From Promethearchaeota archaeon (GTDB taxonomy: Archaea > Asgardarchaeota > Hermodarchaeia > Hermodarchaeales > Hermodarchaeaceae): a stretch of DNA of 28,717 nucleotides. The position numbers were made by a program, and so were the translations under genes. The stretch spans positions 1 to 28,717 of the forward strand of contig JBHLPR010000027.1 of NCBI GenBank assembly GCA_048939245.1, given 5' to 3'. How positions within the stretch are numbered: position 1 is the first letter of the stretch; every line of letters begins with the position of its first letter. This document shows, piece by piece, positions 24,862-28,717 of this stretch. The notes under the pieces were generated by a model that saw nothing but the letters and a program-made list of their open reading frames with translations, did not search any database and was not told the DNA's origin.

Positions 24862-26892
24862 GTGAAAGTAGAAAAACGCGATGGGCGTATTGTCCAATGG
24901 GATTCAAGTAAAATCGAGATCGCTATACAGCATGCCTTCGAATCTCATAAAGCCGACAGCCAACCAGCAAAAGAACTAACCAACGAAGTTGTTAAGATCA
25001 TCAAATCACGCCAAGAAGATATTATCCATATCGAAGAGATTCAAGATGTCGTTGAAGAAGTGCTTATGGTCAATGGCTATACGGAGACAGCTAAGCGGTA
25101 CATCAAATATCGTGAAAAGCGGGCGGTTGCTCGACGCTTACTTCGGTCTGTTGGTGTGGTTGATGACTTAAAATTAGGGCCAAACGCTGCTACGATAGCA
25201 AAACGTTACATGCTCAAAGACGCAGAAGGCAAACCCATCGAAACCCCATCTCAACTCTTTCGTCGCGTTGCCAAAGCCATTGCAAAAGCGGAGAAACTGT
25301 ATGATCGAAGCTTTGACTATAAGACCTATGAAGAACTTTTCTACGACATGATTGCCAGCCTAGAATTCATGCCTAACAGTCCTACGTTATTCAATGCAGG
25401 AACTGAAATCGGACAATTAAGTGCCTGTTTCGTCTTACCTATCCGTGATGACATGGATTCCATCTTTACTTCACTGTGGCACATGGCACGAGTTCAAAAA
25501 TCTGGAGGTGGCACTGGCTTTTCATTTTCAAAGCTCCGCCCAAAGGGTACCAAGTTGGAATCCACAGGAGGAGTTGCAAGTGGGCCAGTCTCCTTTATGC
25601 GCATATATGACACAGCTACCGATGTCATAAAACAGGGTGGACGCAGACGCGGGGCCAATATGGCAATTCTGCGATGCGACCATCCAGATATTATGGAATT
25701 CATCTCCGCTAAATCCGATAAGAAATCGTTTAGAAATTTCAACATATCCGTAGCTATTACACGCCAATTCATGGATGCTTTGAAAAGCAATGGTGAAATT
25801 GACTTGGTGAACCCCAATACCGGTGAAGTCGAACAAACCATTAAAGCTAGCATGATCTTTGATTCAATTATCATTAATGCCTGGAACACAGGAGATCCTG
25901 GCCTTATCTTCATCGATCGTATCAATGACAAACATCCCCTCAAAGGCATGCAAATTGAATCCACCAATCCCTGTGGCGAAATGCCATTACTTTCCTATGA
26001 ATCCTGTGTATTGGGGAGTCTTAATCTAGCTCAGGTTGTTAAAGATGGAGAAGTGAATTGGAAACGATTGGGTGAAATAATACCGTTAGCTGTTCGGTTT
26101 TTAGATAATATCATTGATTTGAATAAGTATCCGGTTGAGGAAATAGAGATCCAAACCAAAGCCACTCGCAAAATTGGTTTGGGTATTATGGGTTGGGCAG
26201 AGATGCTTATTCAACTGGGAATTCCTTACGATTCACAGGCTGCTCTTGAATTAGCTGAAAAGGTAATGGAGTTCATTCGAAATCGTGCTGAACGAGCGAC
26301 ATCAGAATTAGCAAAAATTCGTGGAAATTTCGAACAAGTTGATCTATTGAAGCAACGACGGAAATGGAAACGGAACGCAACGCTCATAACTATAGCTCCC
26401 ACCGGAAGTATTAGTCTTATTGCAGGAACCAGTAGTGGGATTGAACCCTTATTTGCGATTGTGCACGATCGGATTCTCGCGGAAGGTGTTCGCCTCACTG
26501 AGACGAACAAATATTTTGTAGAGCTTGCTGAAGAACGGGGATACTGGGATGAAGAAGTAGAACAACAGGTGGCAACAAGCGGGTCAGTGCAAGACATCAA
26601 GGGAATTCCTGATGATGTTAAGCGCTTATTCAAAACTGCACACGAAATCGAACCTGAATGGCATGTTCGAATGCAAGCTGCATTCCAAAAGCACGCTGAC
26701 AATGCAGTAAGTAAAACTGTGAATGTGTCAAATGATTCCTCTACAGATGATATTCGGCGAATATTCCTTTTAGCTGATAAGTTGGCCTTGAAGGGGATTA
26801 CGGTCTTTCGTGATGGATGCTTAGAAGGGGTGCAGGTATTATATGCTGGATGTCCATCATGTGAAGATGTTCGGTTTACTGAGTCCCCCTGA
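24862..26892 (+). CDS. nrdJ: Adenosylcobalamin-dependent (class II) ribonucleotide reductase with N-terminal ATP cone
   Basis: VEKRDG..KI ATP cone, PNSPTLFNAG, SACFV, RRGANM, TNPCGE, IAPTGSIS, VSKTVN, KGITVFRDG and C-terminal CPSC; GGAGGTG RBS. Confidence 0.92.
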   Translation: MKVEKRDGRIVQWDSSKIEIAIQHAFESHKADSQPAKELTNEVVKIIKSRQEDIIHIEEIQDVVEEVLMVNGYTETAKRYIKYREKRAVARRLLRSVGVVDDLKLGPNAATIAKRYMLKDAEGKPIETPSQLFRRVAKAIAKAEKLYDRSFDYKTYEELFYDMIASLEFMPNSPTLFNAGTEIGQLSACFVLPIRDDMDSIFTSLWHMARVQKSGGGTGFSFSKLRPKGTKLESTGGVASGPVSFMRIYDTATDVIKQGGRRRGANMAILRCDHPDIMEFISAKSDKKSFRNFNISVAITRQFMDALKSNGEIDLVNPNTGEVEQTIKASMIFDSIIINAWNTGDPGLIFIDRINDKHPLKGMQIESTNPCGEMPLLSYESCVLGSLNLAQVVKDGEVNWKRLGEIIPLAVRFLDNIIDLNKYPVEEIEIQTKATRKIGLGIMGWAEMLIQLGIPYDSQAALELAEKVMEFIRNRAERATSELAKIRGNFEQVDLLKQRRKWKRNATLITIAPTGSISLIAGTSSGIEPLFAIVHDRILAEGVRLTETNKYFVELAEERGYWDEEVEQQVATSGSVQDIKGIPDDVKRLFKTAHEIEPEWHVRMQAAFQKHADNAVSKTVNVSNDSSTDDIRRIFLLADKLALKGITVFRDGCLEGVQVLYAGCPSCEDVRFTESP

Positions 26893-26936
26893 TTGAATAG
26901 AGCTTGAATTGCCACGTAGTTAACGTATTGTGAAGG

Positions 26937-28715
26937 TTAGTCAGGTCGTCTCCGTCGTGTTATGATTCCGATAGCCGCTGCGAGAGTTATGCCAATAGCG
27001 ATGGCAAGGGCGGGGAATCCAGGGATTGGTGGTGGCGGCGTTGTTGTACTAGGAATTTCAACATTTATGGTTTCTTGGTTACTCCATGGACTAGGATTAT
27101 CCTCGTTATCCAGAGCACGAACTCGGAAATAATACGTTCCATCGGTGAGTCCCGTTATTGCTTGGTTCGTCGAGGTGGTATTCCATTCCTGGAGTACGGT
27201 GGAAAAGTCATTGATGGTGGACATCTGTAATTGATAGTGTGAAATCGTGCCATCCACATCTGTGCTTGTACTCCAAGAAATGCTGAAATTGCCTGTTGTA
27301 CTTGACGCACCAGGATCTGATAGGATCGGCGCAGAGGGCGGATTGGCTTGAACTATGAGTTCAACAGGGAAGGTTGTCTTCCAGTTGTCCAGAAGGTCAT
27401 AGGACTTAATGTAATATGTAATGTTGCTTCCGAGGCCAAATTGGTTTGAAGGGATTTGTGCAGAATAGATTGTTCCAGCAACAGTCATGCCAAGTGATTG
27501 TTCTGACCCGGAATCGATTTGATAGTAAACCGTTGCATTGTTGACACCAGCTGGATCGGTAATGTTCGCTGAAATGCTAAGTGCTTCTCCCGTCTTTGGA
27601 GGATCCGGGGTACGTGTTACATCAGAAATAGTGGGGCCATAAATATCCAATTCAGTAAGTGAGGTGTTCAGTAACCATTCGCAGACATTTTCAATAAAAA
27701 TCTCATTATCTGGAACAGGATAATCAAAATCGCTAAAGAAAGTAGTTCCCGAAATCATAATGCGGGAATCCCCAATCTCCTCCACAGCCATTAGGGGGAT
27801 TCGGTCTCCACCACTTCCATCATCAGTATCGTCGTAGATAATAGTAACTGGTGGTAAGTAATCGTCTACTTGGTAGAAGTTTGGATTTCCAAAAGTGATG
27901 TTGGTTACGGCGCTAGGATCAGTGTAGTATAAGCTGGAAGTGGAGTACATTCGAATCGTACTGACGTTTTTCGTCATGTTATAGGTCTGAGTGGCTGGGA
28001 GAATCTGGGTAATGTCACAATACCAGAGTTGGTAGCCGTCTGGGTTGTAAATTTGGTCATCGTTGAACCGGAGGTGTGTTGTGCAATTTGCCATTAAGTA
28101 GTTCAAGGTTGCTCGTTTGAATCCGTATTGGTTTTGGAAGTCTGAATAGCCTGTAACGAGTAGGTTTGTTCGCGTTCCATTCACGAACCAATCAGCGATT
28201 GCATTCGTCTCTGCTAAAGTGAAATCAATATAGGGTGCTGTTATTACCAGCAAATCAACACCAAGTAAATCCGTAGCGGTTATTCCATCCTCATCAACTA
28301 AAACTGTGAGACCCCATTTTTCTAAGCTGCTTTTGAAATTCGTTAATTGAGAATCAACATAATAGTTGTCGTGTCCCCCGTCGATAAGTATTGTGTAGCT
28401 GACGGCTCCTGAAGGAATGTTTGGTGCTTCTAAACCTTGAATTGCTGAATACCATAGATCACGGATGCCGGTGATAGCCTGTTCAAGTTGGAGTTCAATG
28501 ATATCATGAAATGTTCCATTAGAGGTTAACGGACTGGGTGACGGCATATTCTCATCTGGGTAAAGGGCATGACAATCATCATAATACTCATGCGAAAGGA
28601 CTGCTGCATCTACAACAGCTTGTCGTGGATCTGTAATAATTTGTGGGACTGGAATTGACACACTGAATAGATCCAAATTATTATTGATGTCGGTTTCAAG
28701 GACTCCATGACCTGT
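26937..28715 (-). CDS. Cell-surface multidomain protein (GldG/DUF4350-like domain, Ig-like and FN3 domains, PGF-type C-terminal sorting signal), 5'-truncated
   Basis: Frame open to the window end. ILIDGGHDNY..DLLVITAP domain; FN3 ISWS..YQLQ..GLTDGTYYFRVRA; Thr/Pro linker, IPGF, TM and RRRR; many N-x-S/T sequons. Confidence 0.85.
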   Translation of the reverse strand, partial: TGHGVLETDINNNLDLFSVSIPVPQIITDPRQAVVDAAVLSHEYYDDCHALYPDENMPSPSPLTSNGTFHDIIELQLEQAITGIRDLWYSAIQGLEAPNIPSGAVSYTILIDGGHDNYYVDSQLTNFKSSLEKWGLTVLVDEDGITATDLLGVDLLVITAPYIDFTLAETNAIADWFVNGTRTNLLVTGYSDFQNQYGFKRATLNYLMANCTTHLRFNDDQIYNPDGYQLWYCDITQILPATQTYNMTKNVSTIRMYSTSSLYYTDPSAVTNITFGNPNFYQVDDYLPPVTIIYDDTDDGSGGDRIPLMAVEEIGDSRIMISGTTFFSDFDYPVPDNEIFIENVCEWLLNTSLTELDIYGPTISDVTRTPDPPKTGEALSISANITDPAGVNNATVYYQIDSGSEQSLGMTVAGTIYSAQIPSNQFGLGSNITYYIKSYDLLDNWKTTFPVELIVQANPPSAPILSDPGASSTTGNFSISWSTSTDVDGTISHYQLQMSTINDFSTVLQEWNTTSTNQAITGLTDGTYYFRVRALDNEDNPSPWSNQETINVEIPSTTTPPPPIPGFPALAIAIGITLAAAIGIITRRRRPD

Positions 28716-28717
28716 CC

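Noticed and set aside
25494-26915. Long minus-strand ORFs (157 aa and 229 aa)
   Set aside because: Antisense shadows of nrdJ with no recognisable motifs.

Overview
Archaeal chromosomal window, most likely from an Asgard archaeon. The evidence for that is a Rab-like GTPase, a longin-like domain protein, a schizorhodopsin-type opsin, a PGF-type archaeosortase tail and an archaeal AsnRS-like asparagine synthetase. The left ~12 kb is a coherent light-response and pigment island. It holds an ATP10-like thioredoxin-fold gene, a schizorhodopsin-like rhodopsin with an atypical F-S-S helix-C motif (Ser where schizorhodopsins have the proton-acceptor Glu), a CPD photolyase and an FMN-binding protein. 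It also holds two divergent carotenoid operons: crtB-crtI-fixC-fixX and a haloarchaeal-style crtD-lyeJ-cruF (C50 bacterioruberin-type) set, followed by a second UbiA prenyltransferase and a flavodoxin broken by one in-frame TAA. No lycopene cyclase or retinal-forming dioxygenase is visible. The right part carries an AbrB-type regulator with a palindromic operator, a longin-solenoid protein, ThyX, a divergent asparagine synthetase/Lrp-AsnC pair with clear operators, TPR and membrane proteins, an apparently metal-dead M29 aminopeptidase homolog, a GOLD-like type I membrane protein next to a Rab-like GTPase with a long Pro/Glu tail, an ADC-fold protein lacking the Schiff-base Lys, a class II ribonucleotide reductase and a truncated cell-surface protein. 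All calls come from reading motifs by eye; no searches were run.
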